Shown here: piece by piece, positions 50,798 to 62,294 of the stretch
Numbering within the stretch: position 1 is the stretch's first letter
Layout of the letters: each line of letters opens with the position of its first letter
Origin: Cyanophora paradoxa CCMP329
Taxonomy: Eukaryota > Plantae > Glaucophyta
NCBI GenBank assembly: GCA_004431415.1
Contig: QPMI01000491.1
Location: forward strand, 62,001-126,000
Length of the DNA: 64,000 nt
Direction of reading: 5' to 3'
The notes under the pieces: model-generated
The model's input: the letters and a program-made list of their open reading frames with translations, nothing else
Databases searched by the model: none
Told to the model about the DNA's origin: nothing
Program-made: the position numbers and the translations under genes

Positions 50798-52998
50798 ATG
50801 GAGCAGCTCGACTACCGGAACAAGGCGATACTGGCGCCGATGGTCCGCGTGGGGTGCGTGCATCGCCCCGCGCGCTGCGCGGCTGCCGGCCGCGACCCGA
50901 GCCGGCGCTGCAGGACGCTGCCGATGCGGCTTCTGTCCCTGGAGTACGGAGCAGACATAGTGTGTGCGTGCTCTCAGTCCCCGTTGGGCGCCCCGTAGCT
51001 AAGGCCTGGACCTGAGCGGCGCGACCGGGCCTCGTATGATGCCCGCGGGCCGCACGCGCCGCTGGCGCCGCGCTCCGCGTAGCAACGACCTAGGATAGCC
51101 GCGCATGCGCCTCCCTCTCTGCGCCGCGGGGCGGGCCGGGCGCGGCGCTGTGGGCTAGCTCGGGCTGGCCCCTATCCGAGCGCCGCGTCTGACGCAGCGG
51201 CGCCGCGCAGACTCCGAGGAGACGATCGATAAGAAGCTCATCGGCTGCGACCGCATCGTGAACGGTGCGCTCCGCGCCGCGCGCCGCCTGCGTGGATCGC
51301 CGATGGGCGCCCGCTCCCCGCGCGCAGAGGCGCTGAACACGGTGGACTACATACACGCGCGCATGGGGAACCACGTCGTATTCCGCACCTGTTCGCCTTC
51401 CCGGCTTCCCGGCCGCCCTCCTCCCTGAGCCCCGCGCAGCGCCGAAGGAGCGCGGCCGCGTCGTCCTGCAGCTCGGCACGGCGGACGCGGCGCTGGCTTT
51501 GAAGGCCGCCCAGGTCGTGTGCGCTCCTTTCCCGTACCCCTCGCCCCGCCCCGCCCCGCCCGGCGCTCACGCCGCGCCGCCCGCGCGCAGCGAGAAGGAC
51601 GTCGCTGCGATTGGCGCGCCCGACCGCCCCTCTCGCCTCCGTCCTCTGCGCCTTTTTGACGCTCTACCCCCCAGACATCAACATGGGCTGCCCTAAGAAG
51701 TTCTCCGTCGTGGGGGGTATGGGCTCCGCCCTCCTGTCCCAGCCCGAGACCGTCCGCGACGTGCGTCTTGTACCCCTCCGAATCCCCTTCTCGGTTCGGT
51801 TCGGTTTCGCCTCGGCCGATTTCGGTCCCCCGCCCGCAGATCGTCACGACGCTGCGGCGAAATCTCAGCGTTCCTGTAACCTGCAAGATCCGCTTGAAGG
51901 CGCGCCGCCTCCCATACCCCCCCTGCCCCACGCCCCGCCTCATCCCGCCCCCCCCCTCCCCCCCCCTCTTCCCTCCAGGATCGCCTCGCGGACACGATCG
52001 ACCTCGCGAAGCTAATCGAGGGCGCCGGCGCCGCTGTACCCCCCTCCCCTGCCTCCGTCGCGTACCCCCCTCGCCGCCCGACGCCCCCGGCAGGCGCTTG
52101 CGGTGCACGCGAGGAGGATCCCCGAGCGGCCGCGGGACCCGCCCCACCTCGACGAGCTCGCCGCCGTCTGCTCCGCCCTCTCCGTACCCGTCATCGCCAA
52201 CGGCGCGCGCTGCACCCGTACCCCCCCGTCCCCCCGCCGCCCGGCGGGCGCGGCTGACGGGGCCCGGGGGCGCCGTGCAGGGGACATCTGGAGCCTGGCG
52301 GACGCGCGGCGGGTGCGGGAGCAGACGGGGGCGGCGGCGGCGATGTTCGCGCGGGCGGCGCAGGAGAACCCGTCGTGCTTCCGGGCCGAGGGGCCCCTCC
52401 CCGGCCTCGACGTCGTCGTCGCCTACGTCAAGAAGGCCGTCGAGTGCGAGTGCGCCGCCCCGTACCCCCGCCGGCTTCTTCCCCCCCCCCCCCCCCCCCC
52501 CCGCGGGCTTCCTCCCCCCTCCTAACTTCTCCCCGGGGCAGCGCGTACTTCCAGAACACCAAGTACGTGCTCATGCCGATGCTGAGGGCGGCGTCGAAGG
52601 GGACCACGCCCCTGGCCGAGGAGGCGAGCGGGCCGCCCTCCCGCCCCCGCGCCCGCGCCGTCGATCCTTCCGTTCTGACGTTCCCCCGCAGATCTCGCAC
52701 GCGCGGTCGCTCTCGGATGTCTGCCGGGCCTTCGACCTGGAGGGGTACAGGGAGGAGTTCCAGCGGCGGCTCGCGGCGGGGCGGCCCCTCCTCGAGGAGC
52801 AGGGCGCGCCCCCGTCCCCCCCGATCAGATTCTAGTCGCCGAGTCACTCGCGATCGGTTGCTGAGCCGCGCCCGGCCCGCAGACGACACGTGCGGGGAGG
52901 TGGCGGCTGCGAAGCGGGCGCGGGTGGAGGGCGCCGAGTCGCCCGCGGCCCCGGCGGGCGCGAGGCGGCCCTCCGACAGCGCCGAGGGCGGCGGCTAG
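50798..52998 (+). CDS. DUS2: tRNA-dihydrouridine(20) synthase, DUS2-like
   Basis: MEQLDYRNKAILAPMVRVG|TLPMRLLSLEYGADIV|YSEETIDKKL..VVLQLGT..DINMGCPKKFSVVGGMGSALL..PVTCKIRL..LAVHAR..PVIANG|DI..AMFARAA..NTKY; 13 introns. Confidence 0.95.
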
Positions 52999-53246
52999 CG
53001 AGCCAGCGTGACCGCGTTAGGGTTATCTAGCTAGTCCACAGAAGTTTGGCAGATAGGAACCCCTATGAGACTTCCTCTCGATATCGATGGCGAAGAGCGC
53101 GCGTCCAAGGGGCCAACCTGGGCGAGCGCCGACGGGAGTACTTGTGCGCTGCAGCGGGCGGGGCTTGGGCTATCGATATCATAGTTTTTGAAGGCTACGG
53201 ACACACACTACGGAGAAGTACATGTACAGGGGCGCGCGGGGCCTGC

Positions 53247-53312
53247 AGCGGCGTTCCGCGGGGCGGGTTCCCTTGGAGGGTATTCCCCGCCTCGCATCAA
53301 GTGTCGCTCGCT
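53247..53312 (-). promoter_or_regulatory. SECIS element (type II, non-canonical U-UGAU/GGAA core) in the SelK 3' UTR
   Basis: RNA reads agcgagcg-acac-U-UGAU-gcgaggcggg-g-AAua-cccu-cca-aggg-aa-cccgccccgc-GGAA-cgccgcu. It shows helix I, a GA/GA quartet, a 10-bp helix II with one mismatch, AA 11 nt above the core and an apical mini-stem. Confidence 0.75.
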
Positions 53313-53455
53313 CGCGGAGCGTAGCGAGCGAAGCTGCGGTGGCCCGCGGTGGGCGGCTAGCGCCGCCCTCGGCCCCGGGGCTCGAGGATGGCGCGTGCGG
53401 AGTGGCGGGCTTGAAGCCCGCACTCAGACGCTCGCGCCGGATCGAGTCCCGGGGC

Positions 53456-54006
53456 TTACCGGGCTCATCCGCCCCCCTGCAGGGCGGTGTGAGGGCCTGG
53501 GGCGCGCACTCGCGCGCGGGAGAGACAGAGGGCAGCGCGAACCATTCCCGGCGGGCAGTTCTGTGCGGCGCCGAGCCCCTTCATCGTTCCTAGCCTCATT
53601 CCTGGCCTCCCGTTACCGCCGCCGCCACCGCCACCACCACCGCCGCCGCCGCCGCTCTTTCGCCTTGAGGTCGGCGCGCGGATCAGGACGGCCGCGCACG
53701 GGGGTAAGGAAGACTGGAAGGATGTAAGTCTATCGTTCGCATCCCCTCGCACGGCCTAGCTAGTGCTCCAGCGATGCGCGGCGAGTGATGACGTAGCAGG
53801 GCGCACCGCAGCGCGTCGGGGTCGACGCTGGGGTTGATGAAGGTGGAAACGAGCAGCTGCCTGCAAGAGCGGGTGAGAGACGCGAGCGGCGCTGCGCAGG
53901 GCGGGGCTGACAGGAACGCGACGAAGGCCCAGAACCAGCCGATGAGGATGCCCACACCGAACGGGCGCTTCCGTTTCAGGTCGCCAGAACCACTTATGTA
54001 GGCCAT
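53456..54006 (-). CDS. SELENOK: Selenoprotein K (SelK/SelG family), Sec encoded by TGA at 53465-53467
   Basis: 4 exons give MAYISGSGDLKRKRPFGVGILIGWFWAFVAFLQLLVSTFINPSVDPDALRRKSG(n)NGRPGMRLGTMKGLGAAQNCPPGM|GGG-TGA-AR-TAA. This matches the SelK layout: M.YIS start, single TM with FW, Gly-rich tail, GG-U-xR end. Confidence 0.88.
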
Positions 54007-54369
54007 GGCGGGCCCGGATGAGCACGGCTAGGCCAGCCACGCCTCGATCCTCCCCCCCCCCCCCCCCCTCGTTCGCCTGTGTACGCGGCACGGTCCTCGT
54101 ATCCAGCGGCTCGTGTAAAGGTGCGCTGCTCGCGCTACATTCTCCAACGCCCTGCATTGCAATTTCAATTGCTAACGTATACATTCCAAGAGGTGCACCG
54201 TGTCTGGCCGCGAGAGCTTGGTTAACGCGTTGATCTAGATGTGAAAGAATTCGACGTCGAAGGAAGGCGAGGTGTGAAGTCACCGCCTTGACGTATGCTG
54301 TTGGGAATATCGTTTCTCACGTTCATTCCGCGTGCTTGCCAGCTGCAGGCCGCAGACCCGTTCGTGAGC

Positions 54370-54947
54370 ATGGCAGTCGTACCCGAAGAAGTCGCCGCGG
54401 CTCTTCAAGGGCAGCCCGTGCCGCCCGAAGTGCATGACGGCGATGAGTACGGAGACTCTTTCGTTTGGGTCGAGTTCAATGCCGACGCTGTCTCCGCGAG
54501 GCGCAACACTGCCGGCTTCCCTCACGTGATTCCGCCGGACCCCAAGCAGGCGCTCGCCAGCGCCTTTGCTCAAAACGGCGGTCGGCCTTTCCTGTATCCG
54601 GACGGAACGACTTCGACGGCCGCATTCAGATTTAACACAGAACAAGATGCCGAGGTGTGCAGTTGCAGGATCCTACGTGTGGCACTGCACACAGGCATTC
54701 AGGCCGCTGCAGAATGCCCTTGCGCGGATTTATGAAGACCAGACACTCAGCTGGGCCCGAAAGGCAGCTGGAGTTCCCGACGTCGCAAGAGTCATTGAGT
54801 TTTCAGCAGGTTCTTATCCTACTAAAGCCTGATGCAATTGCAGTTGATCCTGTCATGCTGATGCTTTCTTGTTTCCGCTGTGCAGTTCGTAATGGAGAGC
54901 CCAAGGCTATCACCAAATTCGTGCCGTTCAACCTTCTGCCCGCCTGA
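54370..54947 (+). CDS. Small hypothetical protein (3 exons)
   Basis: MAVVPEEVAAALQG..FRFNTEQDAE|NALARIYED..VIEFSA|VRNGEPKAITKFVPFNLLPA* with in-phase GT-AG introns; no family recognised. Confidence 0.6.
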
Positions 54948-55169
54948 GTACTAGTAATAGATCACGGGTGAAGACCAGATCCTGTGCTTCTCGGACATCG
55001 ATATCCCCTCCCATGGCCACACGCGTTTATTCGGTAGGGAGCAGTAGTACAACATCCCTCCCTACCTTCTTTAATTTGTTTGCCATTTATGAATTCTCGA
55101 AGCACAGAGTCGTGCATTTTCGTCACACGCGTAGGGCGGGGCGCCCCCCCCCCCCCCCCCCCCCCCCCC

Positions 55170-55970
55170 TCGTGGATCCGGATGAGCCAGTGGAGGACCG
55201 GAGGGCGTTGCAAATTGACGAGCGTCGCCGCCGCCCCGCGCTCCTCGAGCTCGCCGGCCTCGGCGGCCGACGGCTCGCCGGCCTCCCGCTCGCACGCAAA
55301 TGAAAGAGCCGGACGTCGACGGCGCCGGCACCGGAGGCCGCCTAGAGGTGCACGTGCAGCCAGCGCGCGGGCGGTTGCCCCGCCGCCGGGAGGAGGATCA
55401 GGTATCGCGCGCCCGCCACGCCGCCGCCGCCGCGGCCGCCGCCCGCACGCGCTCCGCCCCGAAGACCGCGCGCCGCCAGGTGCGCCCCGAGCCGCGCGGC
55501 GGCGGCGGCGGACGGCGGGGCGGGGCCGGCGGGGGCCGGGCCCGGCGGGCGGGCCGGGGCGAGGGCGGGGCGAGGCCAGGGGGCGGCGCGGGGCGGGAGG
55601 CCTAGGGCGGCGAGCGCTAGCGGGCCTAGGCCTAGGGCGGGGCGCCGGCGGCGGTGGGCGAGGGAGACAAGCCTAAGCTTAAGCCGCGCGACGTCTGCCG
55701 CGTCGCAGAGGGCCGCCGCGGGCCCCTCCGCCGCCGCGCCGCCCCGCGCGATCGCGCCACGGCGCCGGCCGCGCGCGCCGGCGCCGCCTCGAGCTCCCGC
55801 ACGTGCACCGTGAGCGTCGCCCGCGCGCGCCCGCTCTGCGAGCCGCCGCGTCGCCCGCCGCCGGGCGCCCCGGCGTGCGCCGCGGCGGCGCGCGCCCTTG
55901 CCGCATGCGCAGGCGCGCGGGCGGCCGCGGCCGCGGGCTTCGATTCGAATTCGTCGACGCTTGCGCATGC
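55170..55970 (-). pseudogene. Possible degenerate coding remnant
   Basis: Protein-like fragments in shifting frames (ATLTVHVRELE; RYLILLP..RWLHVHL*; ATLVNLQRPPVLHWLIRIHE) that I could not join by clean splicing. Confidence 0.2.
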
Positions 55971-56313
55971 ATGAGCTCAAGCTCAGCGGCTAGCGCTGCT
56001 ATATATAGCTGGTTATAGCGTCGCCGGCGTCGTGCCCGCGGCGCCGGCGTCGTGCACGGTGGCCGCGGAAGGCTCCACCGGGTCCACCCCCCCTCCCGGG
56101 TACAGTCATCGAGCGGACGTTCCACGGGCCTGGGCCGCCGTGCCGGTGAGTCTTCGGTTACTGTGCTCGGAAGAAAGCGCGGCTCGGTGCGGTGCAACTC
56201 GCACAGTCGGCACGGCACTTTGACCTTTCGACCCGAAGCCCACACGGCGCGTCCTGATGCTAGCGCCAGGTCACGATCCTTGTAGCGGATGTGGTGAGGT
56301 GCGAAGCAGGACG

Positions 56314-59300
56314 ATGGACAGGTCTGTTCTGCTGCACTTGACGGCGTGCTTGACGCCGCCGGGGATCCCTCTGATTCTGACGCATGCCCTTGTACTTGAA
56401 TCCGACAGCGGCGCGGATACATTGTCCCCGCTGCCCGACTTCTCTTTCGAGGCGGTCGGCAACAGCATTTCTCGCGCGACATCAGCGCCGCCCAATCTCG
56501 GTCAGCCATTGCAGATTTGTTTGCTATGCGAGCGCTGACTGTTATTTCACGGCGCAGAGCTCAGCGGGAAGAGCCTGTTCGCTTTTCGCCCCGGCTTCGG
56601 CCCTGCAGAGTCCGGCTTGACAGGCAGCGCCCTTCAGGGCGATATCCGCTGCGACAGCGACTATGAAGCTTTCTACAATTCTTTCAAGAACCAGCGGAAG
56701 CTGCCGCATCCGATTGAAACCCTGCCCCCGCTCCTCGAGAACCTTGTCATGGATACGTCCGCCAACCCGCAAGCGGCAGCCATCCACCAGTTTCTAGCGA
56801 TGCAGCAGCATCATCATCACCAGCAGGCGAATCCTGCGGGCATTCCACAGGACGTGTGGAACGAGGCGCTAGCGGCGCAGATGGAAATCCTGAGGCGACC
56901 GTCCCCCCTTCAGGCAGAGGAGCTCGCCGCGGCCGCTGCCGCAAACGGCTTCATTCGAAGTGCCGCTGCCTCGCCGCTCGTCCGCTCCGGTCCGCCTTTC
57001 CCTTCTCTTTTTCTCTCCTCTTCTGACCGTGTAACGGGTCACGCGCAGCTTCCGCCAACCTGGTGGACCCGCAGCTGCAGGCTCGCATCCAAGTGGAAGC
57101 GTACCGGCAGGCGATACAGCGGACGGGTCTCAGCCCGCAGCTGGCGGCGCAGCTCGCGCCCGAGATGGGCCTGCCGCCGGAACTGGCGGCGCTTGCGGCC
57201 GCCGGCAAAGCTACGGATCCGATCATGCGCATGCCGACGCCCGGCGCGGACGGCTTCGTCCACCCGCAGGCGGTCCGCGGCATTCCTCCCGAACTCGCCT
57301 CGGCCGCCGCCCTCCATGCCGCCATGGAGCGCGCCAACGCCCTCTCCCCCGGCCTCCCGTCGCACCGCGCCCCCTCGCCCCAGTCCCCCGGAGCCTACTC
57401 AATCCAGGCCGCTGCGGCGGCGGCGGCCGCGGCGGCGGCCGCGGCTGCGGCGGCGGCGGGCCTTCCCCCGCAGCCGGCGGCGGCGGCAGCGTACGCGCAG
57501 GCGCAGGCGCAGGCGGTACACGCGGCGCAGGCGCATGCGGTGCACGCGGCGCAGGCGCAGGCGCAGAGCTACGGCCAGGAGGCGCTGCTGGCTGCGATGC
57601 AAGGCCTGGCGCTCAACGGCGGCCTCAACCCAAACCTCGTCGGCATAAACCCGCTGGCCCCGAGCCCCCTCGCCGACGACTCGAGCGTCTGCCGCTTCTA
57701 CCAGCAGGCGAGCTGGCCGTCCCGCCCCGCCACCCCCGCCGCTCGCCGCCTGCTGCCGGCCTGACCGCCCGATTCCGCGCGCAGGGCTTCTGCCAGCGCG
57801 GCGACTCGTGCAACCTGCTGCACATCGACGACCCGTACGCTCTCAAGCGCGCCATCCAGAAGGTCAGCCGCTCGGCCGCCCCCGCCGCGCGGGCGCGCGC
57901 ATGTGGCCGACGCGCGCGCGGCGCAGGCGCGGGAGACGACGGGCCGGCCGATGGAGGGCTCGCGGGACGCGGGGCGGGGCCAGCCGCAGGGGCGCCACAG
58001 CGGCTCGCGCCGCGGCAGCCGCGACTTCGAGGGCTCCGTCCTCGCCGCCGCCGCCACCGCCGCGTCCTCCGGCAAGGTGCCCCCGGCCCGCCCGCCGCCC
58101 GCCCGCACGGCGCGCGCCGAGCCGAGCCGAGCGTCCTCGCGCCGCGCAGGAGGGCCTCGGGGAGGGGTCGGGGGAGCGGGGCCGGCCGCGGGAGGCCGGG
58201 GCGGAGGGGGGCTCGTCGTCGCGCTCGAACAGCCCGTCGCACGCGAACAAGTACACGAGCTTCGACCAGGTGGTCGGCAAGGTCTGCGCCCTGGCTCGGG
58301 ACCAGCACGGCTGCCGCTTCCTCCAGAAGAAGCTGGAGGAGCGCAACGAGGTCTACGTCGACGCCGTCTTCAGCGAGGTCGTCGCCGACGGCTCCCAGCA
58401 GCTCGTCGAGCTGATGGTCGACCCCTTCGGCAACTACCTCTGCCAGAAGCTCATGGAGTTCTGCACGGAGGAGCAGAAGACGCGCATCATCGAGGCGTCG
58501 AGCGGCGAGCTGGTCAACATCTCGCTGAACATGCACGGGACGCGGGCCGTCCAGAAGCTCATCGAGTCGCTCAACACGCCGCAGCAGGTCCAGCTCGTCG
58601 TCCGCAGCCTCCGGCCGGGCGTCGTCGCCCTCTCGAAGGACCTCAACGGCAACCACGTCATCCAGCAGTGCCTGCGGCGCCTGAGCCCCGCCCAGAAGCA
58701 GTTCGTCTACGACGGCGTCCGCGGCCACTGCGTCTCCATCGCCACGCACCGCCACGGCTGCTGCGTCCTCCAGCGCTGCATCGACTGCGCCAACCAGCCG
58801 CAGCAGATGCAGGCGAGCGCGCGCCCTCCCTCACGCACCCCGCCCGCGCCCGGCTGAGCCGCGCCGCGCGCTCGCAGCTGGTGCAGGAGATCATCCAGAA
58901 CGCGGGGACGCTGGTGCAGGACCCGTTCGGGAACTACGTGGTGCAGTACGTGCTGGACCTCGGGATCCCCGCGTGGAACCGCGAGGTCATCTACAAGCTC
59001 AAGGGGAGCTACGGCGAGCTCGCCCAGCAGAAGTTCTCCTCCAACGTCGTCGAGAAGTGCCTGCAGCTGGCCGACGGCGAGATGCGCTCGCACATCATCC
59101 AGGAGCTCGCGGACCCGGAGCGCATGGCCCGCCTCATCCAGGCCCGCCCCGCCCCGCCCCGCCCGCCCCGCCCCGCCCCGCCCCGCCCTCGCTGAGGCGC
59201 GCGTTCGCGCGCGCGCAGGACCCGTACGCGAACTACGTGATCCAGCGGGCGCTCAACGTGGCGCAGGGGCCCCAGCTCGCCCTCATCGTCGACTCGATCC

Positions 59301-59398
59301 GCCCGCACCTCGCCTCGCTGAAGAACACCCCCTACGGCAAGCGCATCCAGAACAAGATCGCCAAGAAGTTCCCCGGCCTCGGCAGCGGCCGCGACTGA
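56314..59398 (+). CDS. Pumilio/PUF RNA-binding protein (Puf4/APUM7-12-like) with CCCH zinc finger
   Basis: N-terminal RATSAPP and DIRCDSDYEAFY..RKLPHP motifs; CCCH finger CRFYQQ|GFCQRGDSCNLLH; 8 Puf repeats (DQHGCRFLQ, DPFGNYLCQ, NMHGTRAVQ, DLNGNHVIQ, HRHGCCVLQ, DPFGNYVVQ, QKFSSNVVE, DPYANYVIQ). Confidence 0.95.
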
Positions 59399-60233
59399 GC
59401 CGGCCGCCGGCGAGCGGCCCGCCTGCGGCTGCGGCCGCGGCCGCGGCCGCGCCCTCGCGGGCGCCCGGGCGGCCGGCCCTGGCGCCGCCGGCCCGCGTGT
59501 AGCACTACTACGACCTCTTCCGGGGTCCCATGTACTTAAGACCTGTTGTATCACGTGCCCCCCACCTCAGGCTTTCCCTCTCTGTACTTGTTTTGCTCAG
59601 CTGCCCAGATTTCAAGTTGGTCGCCCCGTCTCCATTGTTTTTTCACTTTTCTCATGCATGTGGCCGGCGTTTCGAGCCGCCGCTGTATTCCGCCTTCAAT
59701 GCTCAACCACAGTTTACTTCCTTTGTCGTGTGCCTGTAAAGAATCTAGCTTGTTTAGTCAACCCTAGTTCTCGATGCATACAATTTACCAGTCTTTGCGA
59801 ACCCCGGTCTGCTCCGTTTTGCCCTTGCTGGCCCAGTGGCCTCGGGCCGGGGCGGGATCCTCGCCTCTCACCTATAGGTAGGCCTGGGCGTCTAGACCCG
59901 ATGATCTGCCACCACGTTCGCAGCTGCCTGCGCATGCGATGGTTCTAGAGCTAGCGCTTGTGTTCAGTACCGGTAAACCGTTGAAATTAAAGTCGATGCG
60001 CATGCTGCTCAAGTCTCGCGAACCCGCGGGCCTTCGCGGAAACGCTCAGGCGAAGCGGAAGCTGTTGAGGATCCATAGAGCGAGGCCGCGCCCCCGGGGC
60101 CCGCGGCCGCAGTTCGATCGCGACCCCCGCTTGCAGATGGTGCAGCAAAGTAGTTACTAGTGCTGACTTGTTTCTAGTGAAACTACACTGCGGTGCGCGG
60201 GCGCGGCCCGAGCTCTCGTGAAAATGCCGGCGG

Positions 60234-62067
60234 TCAGCGGGCGAGGAGGGGCCGGAGGCGGGGGAGGGCCGCCACGCCGGCGAGCAGCAGCGCGTAGAGG
60301 AGGACGAGGGCCCAGAAGCGGGCCTCCCCCGAGGGCCCGCCCCGCCCCGGGCCCGGCGGCCGGCAGAAGACCATCAGATACCTGCCGCGGGGTGAGCGCC
60401 GGCCCTCGGCCTCTCCCGCGCCTCAGAAAGGGCTCACTTGACTCGGACGGCGTCGGGGTTCTTGACGATCACATACGTCTTAGGGACCTGCGGGGCGGAG
60501 GGCGGTGTCGGGAGGTGTGTGGGGGGGGGGGGGGGGGGGGGGGGTACGGCGAGGGGACGCGCCTCGGTCTCGTGGAACTCGCCTACCCCCCTCCGCACCG
60601 CGGGATGGTCCCTCACGACCTGCGGCGCAGTTTGAAGAAGGAAGGGGGAGGTGGGAGCTGGAAAAAAGGGGGGTGGGGGGTACCTGGCAAGCGACGAGGC
60701 ATGCGACCGTGCGCGGGTCGCTCGTGAGGCCCGTCCGGCCCCAGACCCGCCCGCTCCTGCGCCCCGCCCGCGTCGGCCGGAGAGGGGGGGCGGGGGGAGG
60801 GGAAGGGGGGTACGAGGAGAAGGAGAAGGCGACGGAGGGGTCCTCGGAGAGGTACACGCCCTCCCCGAAGACGGACCCCGTGCTGGTGGGGGGGGGGACT
60901 CAGGGGGTACAGGCGTCTCGTGGAGGGGTACGGCGCACCGCTCGTGCTTCGTTCCGGAGAGGTTAAGGAGCCCGAACCGGACGATGCCGTGGAAGTTCTG
61001 TCGGCCACGCAGGATTGAGAAGGGGGTAGAGGGCGCTCCGCGGGGTACGCAGTACGCACCTCGATGCTGCTGCCGTGGAAGGCGAGGAGGGTACCCCCGT
61101 GCTGCTTGGCGAGCTCGGCGAAGGGCGCCGCGCTCCCGACGTTCGTTGGAGTACCCCGGCCGCCGTTCGTTGGAGTACCCCGGCCGCCGTGAGACGAGCT
61201 CCTGCCACAGGCGCCTTATGAGAAGCCTCGGGGGAAGGGGAGGCTGGGGGGGGGGGGGGGGGGGAGGAAGGGCGGGGTCAGGTCGCGCACGTTTCGGCCT
61301 CGCAAACCTCGTCCGGGTACGTGATTTCGAAGATGTGGTGGAGGTCGCGGAGGGGGAGCTTGGCGGCGAGCGACGCCGCCGCCGACGGCGATGCCTTTGG
61401 CGGCTCGGGGTTGGGCGTCAGGGGCGCAGGGGCGCCCTCCGCCGCCGCCGCCGCCGCGTCCCTCGCCGCCGAAGCAGCAGTCGCTGCAGCGGCGGCGGCG
61501 GCTGCAGCAGCGGCGGCGGCGGCGACGGTGCGAATGGCGGGCATCTGAGGGCGGGGTCGTCGGCGGCCGCGCGCGCGGGCCCCGGCGGAGGGCGGACCTC
61601 GGGGAGGCAGTCGACGCGGCGTAGGGATCGGTTGGAGGGGCGCAGGATCCAATCCAGGAGCACAAGGTGCCTGATCGGCATGGAGGGGATGCACGCTGGG
61701 GCCCCCGGCGCAGTTGGCGGGAGCGCTCATGCGCGCCAGGCGGGGCGAGAACGCACGCGGGAGGTGCGCGGTCTGTGGAAGGTCATTGAGGATCTTCTCG
61801 CAGGCGCCGAACTGCTTGTCCTTCGTCGTCGGGTCCGTGAAGTCGGACGGGAAAGGGAACGCCGCGCTCGCCCGCCGGAACGAGAGGAGGGCCGCGCCGA
61901 AGAGCGCCATAAGCACATCTGAGGCGTGCTTTGGAGCCAGAACGAATCAGCGACGTCGCGCGGCGCGGCGGGGACGAGCAGGGGATTCGCAATACCTGGT
62001 CTCGCGTCAAGCAGTCCAGCACGCGCTGCTCGAACCGCGGGCGCCTCTGCTGCTCGACCTCCAGCAT
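60234..62067 (-). CDS. PARP16: PARP16/ARTD15-like tail-anchored mono-ADP-ribosyltransferase
   Basis: N-domain RDQ|HASDVLMALFGAALLSFRRASAAFPFPSDF..KD; catalytic motifs LAFHGSSIE|NFHGIVRFGL, VFGEGVYLS, VPKTYVIVKNPDAVRVK|YLMVF; C-terminal TM FWALVLLYALLLAGVAAL. Confidence 0.88.
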
Positions 62068-62294
62068 CGCTCTTAGCTAAAGTTGCTCTTCCGGCGTGCC
62101 TTGGCTCCCGTGGGCGCTTCGATGGGATGTTCCCGCGCGGTGCCGCTGCCGGAGAAGCAAGAAAGTTTCTAGTGTGTTTTTGTGTGCCGCAGAAGGGGGC
62201 CGGGGCGGCGTCTCGCTGGCGTGCTGGGGCCGTTTGAACCGTTGGCGGACTGCGAGCTCTATTCCCCCATCCGGCGCCGAACCCGCGTTCAACC

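Noticed and set aside
61140-61190. 24-bp direct repeat CGTTCGTTGGAGTACCCCGGCCGC
   Set aside because: Two adjacent copies with no spacer inside the PARP16 gene; a simple duplication, not CRISPR.
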